Source: Octopus vulgaris
Lineage: Eukaryota
Direction of reading: 5' to 3'
Assembly: GCA_951406725.2 (NCBI GenBank)
Contig: OX597832.1
Location: forward strand, 71,052,001-71,116,000
DNA: 64,000 nucleotides
Part shown: positions 37,430-51,427 of the stretch, one piece after another
How positions within the stretch are numbered: position 1 is the stretch's first letter
Layout of the letters: the number at the start of each line of letters is the position of its first letter
Made by a program: the position numbers and the translations under genes
Notes under the pieces: generated by a model
What the model was told of the DNA's origin: nothing
Database searches by the model: none
The model's input: only the letters and a program-made list of their open reading frames with translations

Positions 37430-38850
37430 TAAAATCAGTCTAACACTTCAAACTATTCTTTCAGCAATTCCATTTATTCTAGAGGCTATGGAGATGTTTT
37501 CATCGGTTTACATATGATCTTATTAAATCAAGTTATGAGCAAGCAATTGGTTTGCTGTCCACAATGCTCCAAATTTCAATCGATTCCTAGTTACTGCTGA
37601 GCAAAAACATACCTCAGTAGTTTTTATCCTCTATTTTGTAACAAATGGCTTGGTGAAACAATTCGCCATTAAACCATCTTTAACTTTCAATTTACTATTT
37701 TTTAATGACTTAAATGGCCTTTCAGCAATTTTGCTTCGTTTATTATAAATACATTTTAATATATTAGATAAAATGTTATCATTAATTACATCCAGTTTTA
37801 TATTTTTATTACATCAGTTTATAAAAGAAGGATAAACAGAAAACCATTGTCCCTGTCCCCCAAATCAATATTATCAATCAACTCCCATAATGATAATGCA
37901 TTTACACCTGATAATCTCACGTGATCGTTTTACATAGGATATTTAAATATCAAACGCTCATATTTGCTATGCCTTTCTCCTAAGTAAATGTAAATGTTAC
38001 TTCCAATAAAATTTTCAGCCAAACAGAAATGCCATCTACATAGAATACACCAGATAATTGCTAATTATTCCCTCTCAAAATTTGAGTATCTTGTTTCAGC
38101 TGTTGTTAAAGGCTCTTTACAAATATCGTCCAAGATGGCCGTCAGATGAAACTTTTACTCAGAGACTTTATTTTTTTTTTTACTTGTGCCAGTTGTTAAC
38201 ATAACTGTTTTGTTTTTCTTTGTAACATCACAACTCTGGACAACTGACTTTGACAATAACAACAGTTTATTAGCCTTTTGTTGTTGTATTCTCATGAAAA
38301 TTGTAGACAAATAATTCAAGCAGTGCAAAACGATCTGTTTAAGGATTAACAAGTTCAATAAAAGATTCTTTACTTCCAGGACTATCAGATTGCAAACAAA
38401 CTTTGGTAGCTTCATGGAACTTTCCTCGAGTGATACAAAGTTGGCTTCCTGTTGACATTCTTTGAATGACTTTAACAAGATACCATTTTGTTTGCTAAAT
38501 ACAGGCACATTACCCAGATAGACTTCCACCTGAGCACCTCCAACCAGGACACCATTTAACATCTGGAACAAATACTGCTAAGTGTTGTGCTCAATGATCT
38601 AACTATTCCCTCACCCTGGAGTGACATTTTATCAGCTCCGAAATGATGGAAGACAAAACTGATCTCGATAGGATTTCATTAAGAACGTAAACAAATAACT
38701 CAAGGCTTTGTCCATTTCTCTAAACATTCTGCAATCCACTGCCTTAATAAAAGATTTTAACAGTTCCTTAAACTTTGGTTGTTTTGCAACCATAATTATT
38801 ACTACTGAACAATAATCGGATGATATAATCTCCTTCGTCAAGCTATTTCC
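37430..38850 (-). mobile_element. Highly degenerate Gypsy-like pol remnant
   Basis: Minus strand: FQMLNGVL...VYLGNVPVFS (RT-like), LTTAETRYSNFERE*LAIIW (RNase H) and TSP..RINGIAERIV (integrase), in the correct order. Confidence 0.6.
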
Positions 38851-39639
38851 TAAAAGTTAATTCATCAGTTTCGAACACATACTGAGCTCAATTCATCACA
38901 GTCCTTAATATTGTCAACCTTTTTCGGATCTCGTCTCCTTGGCATGTAGACTGTTTAACCAACATAATCAAATATATGTAATACCAATACATACATTGAC
39001 TAGATAAATATTATCATTGTCATTTTACCTGTTCAATTGATCCCTTGGCAAAATAACGCTGTTTCGATTCTATTACCTTAATGGATCCAATCATTCTAAC
39101 TTCTCTTATTTTGTACACATTTCTTTCTGATGAAGATATTCTTCCTTCAAATCCAATTTAACAAAATAATTCAAGCCAAAACGAGAATAAAAAAATCGAC
39201 TCAATATTTGGAACCGGATAACAATTTGAGACGACTTCCTTTATTTACACCCCTTCCTGCATAGAACCCACTTATTCTGGAAAACCCTTCCACCATACAA
39301 CTATTTAATCCCGCCCAGGAGACCCTTTCTAAAAGCCTTCATTAATTAGTTTCATTGGTTATTTTAACTTATGATTTAAGTTGGTAAAATAACAAAACCT
39401 CATATTTTCTTTGATTAAAGCGTTATCCTTAAATCCTCTGAATTTCCCAATAACCAGTACTTACGTCACAGCTTTATCACAATATCCTATTTTTATTTTT
39501 ACATTCAGCAACGATAACACATTTATCTTTATATCAGTTTTTATTAATACCTCAAACTTACCCAAAATTTTAACAAAAAACCCATAAAATTAATTTAGTC
39601 TACTTTTATTTTATTTTATTTTGTCTTATAAATCCAGAA

Positions 39640-40480
39640 ATCCTGACTTCTGGTGTCAGCTTCGTATCTTAATGGTTAATATTGTTGACTTTCACATTCT
39701 CAATATCAATATCAAGAACAATTCCAAGAACCTTCATATTTAATTTCCTTGGGTGTTTTGTAGATTTACTCTCTGAAAGTGATTCTTTTTTACACAATAA
39801 AAGTTTTAGTAAATATAAGATGTTTAGACAGCGCATGCTTATCTCAAGAAGAGTGACATTTTAGAATCAGATTTATATTTGTAGACACCAACATAGAAAC
39901 ACACTGAAATCAAAATCATTTTTCTGTTTGCATTGCTTCAATCATTTGAATTGAATTGAATTGAAACTATTTCAAACTCTTGAAGGAATTCAGTGGCATG
40001 CATTAAATTTCAGATCAGTGGAAGGCTGATCACATGATGTCTTTCAGTTTTATTTTAATCATCTCATCGTCTGCATTTAGTCAGTCTTTCCCGTCTGTGT
40101 TTCTCAAATTCACAAAAACTAGCCAACTCATTGAATCGCATTGAATATCTTGGGATTTGATTCAGTTTGATTTAGTGAAGATAAGAATTTGGTCCTTTCA
40201 GCAATTAATATTACATTTCTTAGGAAACCGATTGACGACATCATCATAGAGGTTTACTGCTACAACTCATTTTCTCCAAGTTCCAAAAGCTTCACCATCA
40301 CTGAAATTTCCTATATAACCTACTTTCCATAAAAAAAATATTTGTTTATATCAATTATCTAAAATTGCTTTGTTCTTGTTGTTGCAGTTAAACATTGCAG
40401 TTTTGCGTTTGTTATATCAGGATCATCAACTTGACATTCAGGATCAGCAGCAAATGATGCTGTAGTCTTGCCTTTGTAAT
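39640..40480 (-). mobile_element. Possible ancient hAT-like transposase remnant
   Basis: Weak resemblance only: LDIDIENVK (compare LDIxNxRGQxYD) and scattered codon-like stretches, with many stops. Confidence 0.25.
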
Positions 40481-43400
40481 TCTACAAGATGGAGTTTATT
40501 TAGCAACAAGTAGAGTTTATCTACACTAATGAAACTGATATAATAAGTTTTAAGTTATGGAAGTCCCATGATGTGTTCATACAAGCAAAGAAAATTATTT
40601 TTTTCATTGTGTCTCATTCAAAACAATGGCCTCACTAGCTCACTAGAGATAAGATCCATATTAATGGTCACAAAAATACTGACTGAACAATTTGCTAAGT
40701 TATGTTGGGGACAGGAATGGATAAAAAAATCCCCAACACCTAAAGTTGTAGCAAATAGAGATTAAGAAAATATTCGTTTAGACTTAGTTAATCCTGATCA
40801 AGCAGATCAATGATTAAAACATTTCCCAGCAGTGGCCAGACTTGCTTTTCTATTTTTCTTTAAGTTCTATTAAGTCTAGAATCGCTCTATTTCATGTATT
40901 CCTCTTTAAACTTTTTTTTAAACAGTAGGTTGTGATTTGAAGATTTGGCTGCTATCTCTTGGAGAAAGGGGAGATCAGAAACAGGCTCGTATTATTTAAT
41001 TGTAATTCAAATAAAAAGCTCTCTTATTTCAATTTAAAATGCGCTAAAGAAAATATTTTAAATAGGTTAATGACATGATTTTAAATGATTAAGTGAACGG
41101 TTGGTGTCCTGAATGCCATGATAAACAATTTTTAATTCACAAAAATCTTTTTTTTAGTTGAAGGGAAAACCCCAGCACCTATCGAGATGTTAGCAACTCC
41201 AAAACAATTTAATCTCTGAATTTAATTTACATGTTTGTAAGAGAGGAAGCCAGATCTTTATTTGCAGCAAAACACAATGCACATGCTTCGCTCTATTAGA
41301 ATTAGTATTTTTCCTATCTTTATCCTGCGATAAAGCTCAGGGAAAACTGTTTTCGATGCAGTTTTTCTCAGTTGTCGTAACTGCTTCTCTTCACACCTTT
41401 CATTTACAATATTTCCTTTTACATTATTTGGAAAAAAAATCCTTTGGAAAAACACGTTCTCAGCAATGTTGTTTTATGTCTACATATACAAGCACTGTGG
41501 AGTAGCAAAAAGCAATCGGGCGAGTATTAAATGTTGTTGTATATCTAATTTTGCCTCTTTGCATTTTATAGCTTAAATCCTTTCCGAGAATCAATTTTGC
41601 TCTTCCTCATCGTATAACTCCCTCTCCCTACACAATATATACCCTTGTAGCAATAAAGAAAATCAAATTTAAATCATTCAAACAAATGTTTTGCATTTCA
41701 TCAATATTTAAAATCAATATTATATGCTGTTATGCAATATCGTTCACAAGGATCGTGCAATTTGTTTTACACACGAAAAGAGAAGCTCTTTCTTGCCAGC
41801 AGAATGAACTTTTCCCACTCTTACTCTGGCTTTTATGCTTTCAGAGCATCCTCATGCAATAATGATTACATTCCCTTGGTAACAGAGGTTCCCAGCTGTT
41901 TCCAAATATTTGAAAGACTTCTCTGCCTGATAGGACAGATTACTAACTACTCTCGTACCTCAGCTAGATCCCAAGCCCTTCTCTGTTACCCTGCCTGCAA
42001 TCCTACAGTTTCTGTTACTCCCAGCCTCGAGTCTGCATTGTACTCAAAACCTCTACTTCCATCTTTTCTGAATGACCACTTCTGAGATAGCAGCAGAGTC
42101 ATTGCATTCTTTCTTGCTCGCTTTACTTTTATGTCTCATTGTTTCACTTCTTTCATTTATATTTGCAACTTTTCCTTTAATTCTTTGACTGGTTCAATTA
42201 TGGCAACAAGGTAGTCAGCAGATCAGACATTCCAAAGACAGCTGCTCTTGAACTCTTCTGGTGAATTATAACATTTATTGACGTCTGAGGCATGTAATGC
42301 GAAGTCGACCTCTACAGGATTCTAACTCCAACAGAGAAAGACTTAATTCAAATATTGTCAAGATTTTAGTGATTTCATCGTCAGACATATTGCTCTGCGG
42401 TGATTGTTCCAAGCATTAAGTTTTGAGATAAAAATTACACGATGGCACCGGCACATTTCATCCTTCCAGGAATGGAGAAATGTCTGAATTAAAGTGTGCT
42501 GGCAGAATCGTTAGATTGCCATACAAAATGCTTGAATGCATTTCGTCCGTCTTTACATTCTTAGTCCAAATTCCACCGAGGTCGACTTGGCCTTTCATCC
42601 TTTCAAAGTTTATGAGATGGATAACAATTGAGCATGCAGCGATGTAATCAGTCCATTCCCTCGATGTTTCAAGTCTTCAGTAGAAAAATGATCTCTGTTG
42701 TTAAAGTGTCGGGGAAACTGTTAAGTGGCATTTGCTCCAGCTCTACGTTTTGAGTTCAAACATCACCAAAGTTAACTTTGCCTTGCAACAACTTTTGGGA
42801 GTCGATAAAAATGTCCACCAATCGAGTCCTGGAATTGATGTAATTGCTCATTATCTTCCCCTTAAAATAGTTGATCCAAGATTTGAAATATTATTGTCAA
42901 ACACAAAAACTTAATACAAGTTACAATCTTTTATCTCAAATTCTGGGGAACAAAAAATGTTTCAGATTTCAGAGTATATATTGCCTTCTATAAAATTGGA
43001 CAACTTGGGTTTGGAATCTAAGTCTAAACTAAATATCTGTCTTTCCATAATATAGTTTAAATATATAATCTGAATAGTTTTATATGAATTTTTAATAACA
43101 TTTTATGCGTAATTCCATCAAAAAGGTAAGTTGTAACTCCCCACCTACGATATCTTGTTTTAATTGAAAGATTACAGCACGTACGTTATTTGTATTTTGT
43201 GGTTTATTCTACAGGTGTTAGGCTTTATGTAAGGTATAAAGACAAAACATTGAACGTAATTACAGGTAAATAAAATCAAATATTTTTAAGCAGCATTTTA
43301 TTTTAAAGTAATGTATGAGCAATGAGTCTTGTAGTAGTAGTAGTAGTATGGGGGGAATACATTGCAAAAATGCATCACTGCATTCACCATTTGTTGGTGA

Positions 43401-43959
43401 TTTCCTACATTTTTGCACCATTCTGGAAAAACCCAGCACCTTGGATAGTCATTGCAGACGAGGATTTTACAAAACCAGAGTGCAAATCCTACCTCCACCT
43501 CTTTTAGTCACCTTTTACAACATTCAAAAGAAACATTGGGTCTATTTTTTGACACTCGTGCATGGGAAATTCAGTTCTCACATAAGAATAGGTAGGAATA
43601 TGCATTTAAGCTATTAAAATTACAAATGTATTTTAGCTGTGAGAATAAAGAAAAAAAATTAACTTTAATATACCATTTACTGGAAAAATTGTAAAGTCTA
43701 AATAATTTAAATACGTAAAATGCATAATATAATAAACATAAATTAAGCTAAAACTCTATAATTTAATCTATTTTCATTAATTTATTTATTTTATAAACAT
43801 CTAATTTTTAACTTATTCTAATTATGTAATATAGACTATATAATCTCGTGCAAATTTACACACATTTTACTACAACAAATTATAACTACAACAATTAGTA
43901 ACATAAAACAGGGTTTATATATATACACAAATTAGCTAAACTTATAATATAAGTAACTT

Positions 43960-44535
43960 AATTTATGTCTACATTTAATTTTTCACTCGTCTAGGGAATT
44001 AATCAATTTTTAACTAATAAATTCGTTAGTAGATAATAAACAAAAATTACTACCTATTCGATATGATTTTGTCTTACAAACTATCTCCCAATTTAAATTG
44101 TACTTAATATTTTTAGATTTTAGTTCCCATATATATATTTACTAAGGCCAGTAGTATTAATCAAATTTCTATTCTTAAATGAATTCATGCGTTGAGTCAC
44201 CCGTAATTTAATTTTATTAGAAGTCGAACCTATATAAATCGCATTTAAATTATAACCATTCTTATTATTATCATCAATCAAAGTCACTACACATTTATAT
44301 ACTACATCATCCAAATTACATTTAGATTTGATTTGTTTTTGTAAAACTTATTCTGCTTAAATTTATTAAAAGAAATAATGTTGTCAACATTATTAGTAGT
44401 AGAATAACCAACTCCAAAATTATTACTAGAAAAAATGTTATTATATCTTTTATTATCTGTAATGAATACTTCAATTATAGTTAAAATCTCTTTAATAATG
44501 TTTGTTTTAACTTGAGCTCCATAAGGAATAATTAA
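43960..44535 (-). mobile_element. Degenerate AT-rich Penelope-like GIY-YIG endonuclease fragment
   Basis: VVYKCVV...IYIGSTSNKIKLR...SFKN...TGLSKYI/WEL...NWEIV...FCLL...KCRHK. Confidence 0.75.
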
Positions 44536-44759
44536 CCTTAGATGTACTATGAGTGTGTCACACACCGAATTCGAGTTCGATAACAGACTTCGTGGATGTA
44601 CATTGCAACTCCACCATGACTTCTTTTTTTCTTCTGTCTGTATGGAAGATAGCATACATCAGTATGTGTATCTCCGTATCACTTATGTCAGCAGATAGAT
44701 GTGGTTCTGTAAGTGCAATGCATATAGTTGATTACGTGCAGAAAGATTCTTCAGGTGCT

Positions 44760-45560
44760 CAATTTTGCATTTGCTGTTGTTCTGCAGCAGGCCTCTTATA
44801 TTCATCAGTAGAAATGTCATTGGTTTTGGTGTGATGGGTGGCAGTGGTGGTCAACGGGGATCCATCAATTGTAGCAGTCTTGTGTGCGAGGGTACATAGC
44901 TCAGCTATTTCCTGTGCCACACTTAAAAAATTTTCTTGCTCAATGGCTGCAGCTTGTACTGCATCTGCACATAATTTCTGTCTGGCCTTCTTTTCTGCAG
45001 GTTTGTGCTGGGATATAGATTTTTTTAAGTGTTGTTTCTTTCGTTGGGTGAGTGATGGATTTTGCTCCAGCACTGGATGCACAAAGTGGCAGTTTGTCCC
45101 ACTCTCTCCATGCCAATAGACACCACTTTTGTGGAACTTGCAGATAGACCTTTTCTCTGAGAGGGTCTGATTTGGGTTTTTATTTTAGAACCATTTTCAC
45201 TTGGCTTTCATCTGGTGTCTTCTTTTTCTACTTCTACAATGCCACTTTGGGAGGTGTTAGGACTGTGATTGTTCGCACCTTTCTCGTTTCCTTCCTGGTT
45301 GAGTTTTTTATCTTTGGTGTTGATCTTGCCACTGCTTTCTGTCTGAGGTTTCTCAGAGGCATTACCATCATTTTTTTCGCCACTTTTGAAAATGATGTCC
45401 AGTTTCTCCGGGTATGGCTTCTTCCACTCTATCTGCGCCACAGATCTGGAGAAACCATTGCTCTTCAGGCAGCTGTATTTAAATTATTTGGTGAATCGCC
45501 TTCTGCGATTTACCAGGTACGTAGGAATGATTCTATCTCTGTAGACTTCCAATTTCTTGT
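44760..45560 (-). pseudogene. Broken ORF of probable mobile-element origin with a CCCH-zinc-finger-like motif
   Basis: ORFs 45208..45441 and 44759..45082, linked by ICKFHKSGVxWHGESGTNCHFVHP. No splice or host-gene evidence. Confidence 0.35.
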
Positions 45561-46439
45561 CATCTTCCTTGTGTGGTGTGTAGCTTTTGTGTGTGTGTGT
45601 AGTTGGTTTTTGAGTACAAATAAAGAGAGCAGAGGTGTGATGTGAGAAAGAGCGGAGGAGAGTGGGAATAAGTTGGGTAGATGAGGGGGGGAAAGAAAGC
45701 TGGGGGAGGGAAGAGACCAAAGGAGATGACGGGGGGGGGGAAATGTGAGGGAACAGACAGGAAAGTTGAGTCAGAGAAGGGGGCAGAGTGGAGATTGAGA
45801 GGGAAGGGTCAGTATGCAGGGGAGAAGATGAGCAGGTAATGGTGGGGGATTGGGTTGTAGGTGTTGGTGGATGAGATAAGGGGGGAGTAAGTGGGAGTGA
45901 GAGAGACTAGATACACTAGACTATATATATATATACACACACAAATACATACCTGTCTTCGTCCTTTGTTTTTTATAAATTTCATCTATATACGTATATA
46001 TATATATATATATAAATATTTATATGTGTGTGTGTGTGTGTGTGTGTACATATATATAATGTACTTATGAAAGAAAATGTATATTTGTGTGTGTGTGTGT
46101 GTGTAATAAATATTTCAAACATAACATTAAGTTTGAAATATTTCAAACAAGTAAATAATTTCCTCACAGCCAAAGAGAATAATATATTTGTTTAGGGCCT
46201 AAAGGACCCCATCAATTGTTTCATATCTGCTATATTTGTCAAAAGATAAACATTCCAAATAAAAAAAGTTTAAAAAAAAACAAACACAAACAACTTTTAT
46301 TGTTTGTGTTTTTATGCTTTAGATTAGATTACAAGCAGGAGATAAATTGAAGAACCCACAACATATCTCACACCAAACTGCTTACTATATTATTATTATT
46401 ATTATTATTATTATTATGACAGGAAGCTAGAATCATCAC

Positions 46440-47690
46440 TGCAACGAAGATAATGCTTAGTAGCGGTTGATGTAATCGACTGACCCCCACTCCCGAAATT
46501 GTTGGCCTTATGCCAAAATTTGAAACCATTATTATCATTATTATTAAATTAAACATAACAGGAATGAGATGAAGAATTGTTTGAGTGAATGCTTTGCAAT
46601 ATTTCTTTAATTCCAATTTCAAATCCCACTTAAGTCCATTTTATCTGTCATCCATTCAGGGTCAATAAAAGTATCAGTCAAGTACTGGTACCAGGGGTAC
46701 TGACGGCTCCTTCTCCCCTTAAAATTGTTGTCTAAATCAAAAGCAAAGGGCACGAGTGACAGAGGTGGTATTTCTTCCAGTTTTTGATGCTCTGAGTTGA
46801 AATCCTTCTATGGTCAACTTCCTGTCTTATCTCTTCAGAGTTGATAAAATAAAGTACCAGTCAAGTAATGGAATGATGCAACCAGCTAACCTTCTCTTCT
46901 TAAAACTCTACATGTTGTTCCCATGCTAGAAACAACTATTAAGCATAAAGAAAATCAAAAAGCAGAGTCGGTAGAGTAACAAACTAAAGCCAGTGTTTAA
47001 CTTGGGGTCCTTTAGGTGTGGCTTAGAATTTTGTTGTAGTCAACTTCAGTTTCATGCTTCAAAAGTCAGTAAATTAAAGTATCAGTTATATGCTGGGGCA
47101 GATTAAATCTACTCTATCATTTGCCTTAAATGTGTAGCCCACCACCAGGCAAGAAAACCAGAATGACAGACCAAAAACCTGAGAGTATTGAATTGTAATT
47201 CTCTTTGAATCTAAGTTGAAATCTTGCCAAAGTTAACTTTGCATTTCATCTCTCCAAGAGTCAATAAAGTAGTATTCAACTACTGAGACTGATTTAATAG
47301 AAAAAATCTTTTTAGTCTATTTAAATATAAAAGACTAGCAGAATCCTGGTAGCATTGGATAAAATAAATTGCAATGTTAAGATGTGGTGTTTTAAGTTCT
47401 GGTAGCTGATCCCAAAGGAAACAACATTACTTTTTATCCTTTGAAGGATAAAATAGTATAAAGTACTGGGATTGATAGTGCTGACCACCCACTTGCCTTC
47501 AAAATAACTAACCTAATGCCAAAATGCAAAATCATTATTAAGTTCTGATTTTTTATGTTCTCAGTTCAAACGCCACCAAGGTCAACTTAGCCGTTCATCC
47601 TTTTGGAATCAAATGAAAGAAAGTAGCAGCTGAGTACTGAGGTTGAGGTAATTAACTTAAACCCATTGCCTAAATCTGAAGCTATTAATT
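46440..47690 (+). repeat. Head-to-tail cluster of ~6 degenerate Nin-like SINE copies
   Basis: The gttcaaa/ggtcaactt...catc...ataaaa..gtac motif recurs about every 190-200 bp (one inverted piece at 46460-46530). Confidence 0.65.
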
Positions 47691-48149
47691 AGTGCCACCA
47701 GGAAGAGTGTTGGTTTGAGATAACCTCAACAGGCACAAAAGTGCCACCAGGCAGGACTGCTTCAGATGTGTACAAAGTGATGAAACTATATTGTACAAAC
47801 ACATGCAGTATCCAAGCATGGAACTATGTTGAACAGTTATTGTTATGTGTAGAATAAATTTGACTGTCAGATAAGAATCACTCCACCATCCAGTTCTAAC
47901 AATGTAGGGTAAGCAGTGTTCCTTTGTCTAATGTTTGTGGCAAAAGAAGTTGCATGGTGGACTGAAAGGATTAAGGAGAGACACTTTCTCCTTTAGTCAT
48001 GTCCAGTTCTAAGCATGGATAGAGACGGAAGTACTCTCTGCCAGTAATTTGTCAAAAAGTTGGGGGCTGTGACAAAAATGGTAAGGGTGAATGACCCTAG
48101 AGAATAGAGAACAATAGTTAGGCAAAGGTTTGTGTTGTTAGTGATCAGA

Positions 48150-48625
48150 ATGATTATATATGTGTAAGGGTTTTTCATTGGCCCCAGTTGGAGGTCGAAA
48201 GGTAATGCAATTTTTATCAGAAGAGGAGCAGAGGAGGATAAAATCTCAATGGACCAAAAAGAACAGGGAAATTCAAACTTAACAGATGTGTCTCATAGAG
48301 GCCACCTGTTGGCTTTTGTCAACCCTGCCAACAATGAAAAAGCAGATACTTTAATTAGAACTGATAGATGGCATCAGAGCTTGCAATTAGCTATGGTAGT
48401 GCTCACAACATTATTGAAGTCCTTTGAATATTCAAAAGTACCAAAACAACTGACAGATGAGCATGGGATGGGAAGGGTTAACTGAACTCCTTGAACTCAG
48501 TGAAAAAGACAAAACTTTCTTTCAATGGCTTATAACTGGTGATGAAACTAGGATTCATCATTATGAACCAAAATCAAAAACACAATCAATGGAATGGCAT
48601 CATTCAATGTCTCCAAAGACAAAAG
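48150..48625 (+). mobile_element. Mariner transposase fragment
   Basis: FFQWLITGDETRIHHYEPKSKTQSMEWHH (first catalytic D, TGDE motif). Confidence 0.85.
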
Positions 48626-49848
48626 AGATCAATAAAAAGGGAAAACAGCAACAAAACAATAAGAAAAGATTCTTAGAGAGAATTTAATATTTTTCGTTTT
48701 ATTTATAGTTTATTTTATTTCAAAGCTTTTGTTCATTTTTAAAACTTATTTTCACATAAATTGACAGAAAATGTTTCTCTCTGTTTGTTGTTGTAGGAGT
48801 GTGAAATTGGCAGAATCATTAAAACAGCATAAGAAATGCTTTGTAACATTTGTCATTGGCTCTTTACATTCTGAGTTCAAATTCTCCCATGGTTAACTTT
48901 GCCTTTCACCCTTCTGAGGTTGATAAAATCTCAGTGACATTGACAAACCTCTCCATCTCAATTTCAGGCCTTGTACTGGTATTTGAACCCATTAATGCTG
49001 TTGTTTAGCCTTGAGTCAGCCCTGATTAAGCAGACATATGATCAAAGAAGTTCCAGCCATCACTTTACCAATGAGATTTTGCCCTTCATTTTTTTCCAAG
49101 GTTGGTATGAAGTTCCCTTCAGGGGGAGATTTGTTGCTGTTGTTTAGTGCAATCAATAGGTTTATGATCAAAATACCACTTGTGACCATCTCATTTATAT
49201 TCTACCCTATGCAGGAGTCCAGTCCTCCACTATCCAACATGTCCTTTATTAAGGTAGCAAAGCAGCTGCTATTTCTAGCTGGTCAAATGACCAAGCAGAG
49301 GTACCTTTACTGGTTTGATATGAGGGGAATTTCATTGATTGGTTGGCAAGACAGATGGATGGCTGGTTGTGGTGGTGTTGGTGGGGATGTGGATGTCAAT
49401 AATAGTGTTGGTGGTGATTGTAGTAATGATGTTAAGAGTTATGGTGGAAATGGCATTAAAATTAGTGGTGGTCATGTTAGGACTGTTGGTAGTGTGATGA
49501 TGAAGATGATGGCAAATGTTGAGCTCCATGCTAAGCTAAATAAAAAGGACTAAAATCAACAGGGTTCCAACTATGACCATTTCTCCTCTCATTACCACAA
49601 CCTCTCACTCTAACCACATCCACCACCACCACCACAATCACTCTGTGGTATTCAGTGACATTTCTTCTTTATGTTGCTGTTTTGGATTCTGTCAAGTACC
49701 AGCTAGTGTTGTTTTGACCTTACTTCTCTTTCTCTCCCTCTCAGTAACAAAGAATTTGCAGACATGAGCCATCAATGCTGGAGGAGGGGGAGGAGGATAG
49801 ACAACAAAACGTCACAAAAAATAAAAGCAAAGAATGGTACTTCCAGTG

Positions 49849-49995
49849 TTAAGGGAATAAATCAAAGAGTTGTGTTGATTTGTCTTCTGGTAAATAGTGT
49901 TTAGCAAGAAACCCATTGTTGTCTGTGATGTTGTGTAGTTGAGGATATCTGTGTAAGAGGAGACTTATGATGTCTGCATCACTTCTCACAGCAGC
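49849..49995 (-). CDS. ANKRD39: Terminal coding exon of an ankyrin-repeat protein, ANKRD39-like
   Basis: Acceptor cttctcttgtatttcag, then phase-0 AAVRSDADIISLLLHRYPQLHNITDNNGFLAKHYLPEDKSTQLFDLFP*. This resembles, from memory, the ANKRD39 C-terminus ([36 protein letters not shown]). It is absent from the ORF track, and no upstream exon was found in the window. Confidence 0.7.
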   Translation of the reverse strand, partial: AAVRSDADIISLLLHRYPQLHNITDNNGFLAKHYLPEDKSTQLFDLFP

Positions 49996-51427
49996 CTGAA
50001 ATACAAGAGAAGAAGGATGAGGAGTAGCAGCAGCAGTAGTAGTAGGGGTGGTGGGGGTGTAGTATAGTAGTGTTGGTCACTGAAACAAATTAAAGAACTA
50101 AACAATAAGTATTATATGAACAAAGACCCAATACCAGAAATTTGGAGATAAAGGTTAAGTCTATAGTGACCCCCAATACATCACTGGTACTTGATTTCAT
50201 CAGTTCAATGGAGATGAAAGGCTGTAAGTAAAGTGGAGAAAGTATTTTGTCTGATTATTTAAATTATTGTCTAAATATTCTTTTAATGAACAACAGAAGA
50301 CAAAGAAGAAATTATCTTTTTATTTTGATAAGGAGTCAAGACATCAGGGTTAGTAGAGAGAGAGAGAGACTGCTTGAGTAAAAGAACATAATATCAATAA
50401 GGAAAAGCACATCACCACCACTAAGTGAGCTACTGATGGACAAAGATTCCTCTCAGATTTAGGATTAGACTAGCAAACTGCTCTCTCTCTCTCTCTCAAC
50501 CTATAAGTGAATGTTAAGTATATGTTCACACACAGCAGTCATTCTCACCAATCTCATCCACTTTTCTGCAAATTCTCCAGAGGACATCACCTCCCTCTCT
50601 ATCTTTAGCTTCAGCCCAAGTGGAATAGCAATGAAGGCTTAAACAAAAGGAGAAAATATCTGTCTTCAAGAACCACAGTGGTGTCCAGCAAACAGTTTCT
50701 TTTGCTGTCGCAACCAGACCAAGGAAACCAGTCTGCCCTTCCCAGCCAAAGAAAAGAGATCTTCACAATGGAAGCTTTATTTACAACCAGGAATCAATGA
50801 TTTCTGCTAGAATTGCAAGGCTACAGGTTTTGTGATGTTCCTAGCTGGAACAGCTTGTATAATTGATTGAGGTCTGATCAATCAGAGCTGGCCTGGGACA
50901 AAAGAGATAAACATCAGTAGAAGTAAATAAACAGTGACAACAACAACAATATTCTAATTTAGGCAAAAGGCCAGCAATTTTGAGGAGAGTGAGTTAGTCA
51001 ATAGCATCCACTCCCAGACTTGATTGGCACTTTATTTTATTAATTTGAAAAGGATGAAAGCAAAGTTGACCAAGGCAGGTTCTGAAATCTGAATGTAAAG
51101 GGTTGAAATAAATACCACAAAACAATTTTTCTTGACGTCTGGGATCATTTGGTAATGTAGGTGTATGCAACCTGGACAGCTTGTACAATATAGAGGAACT
51201 CAGTAAGATATTCCTTCCATTAAACACACCACTCAGTATACATCATATAATTTCAGAAGAGACCTCACTGGCACATTCCAGAATTTCAGCCTGAAAACAA
51301 TCATCACTACTGATCTTATTAGTGTTAACTTCCCAGGTGTCACTTTCAACTTATTTGCAGATATATCCAAGGATTACCGTAGATTAAACAAGAAACTTAT
51401 GTGTTCACAATATGCTATATTAACCAT

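Noticed and set aside
39050-39140. ctgatga on + near gaaacagcgtt on -
   Set aside because: The boxes are on opposite strands and no consistent fold was found.
43362-43416. Small hairpin tgcaaaaatg...catttttgca, possibly miRNA-like
   Set aside because: It has a large internal mismatch and no recognisable mature miRNA; it cannot be supported without small-RNA data.
49038-49553. 171 aa ORF on +
   Set aside because: It is composed of repeat fragments and (GGT/GAT)n low complexity, has no domain, and lies antisense to the probable 3' UTR or downstream region of the ANKRD39-like gene.
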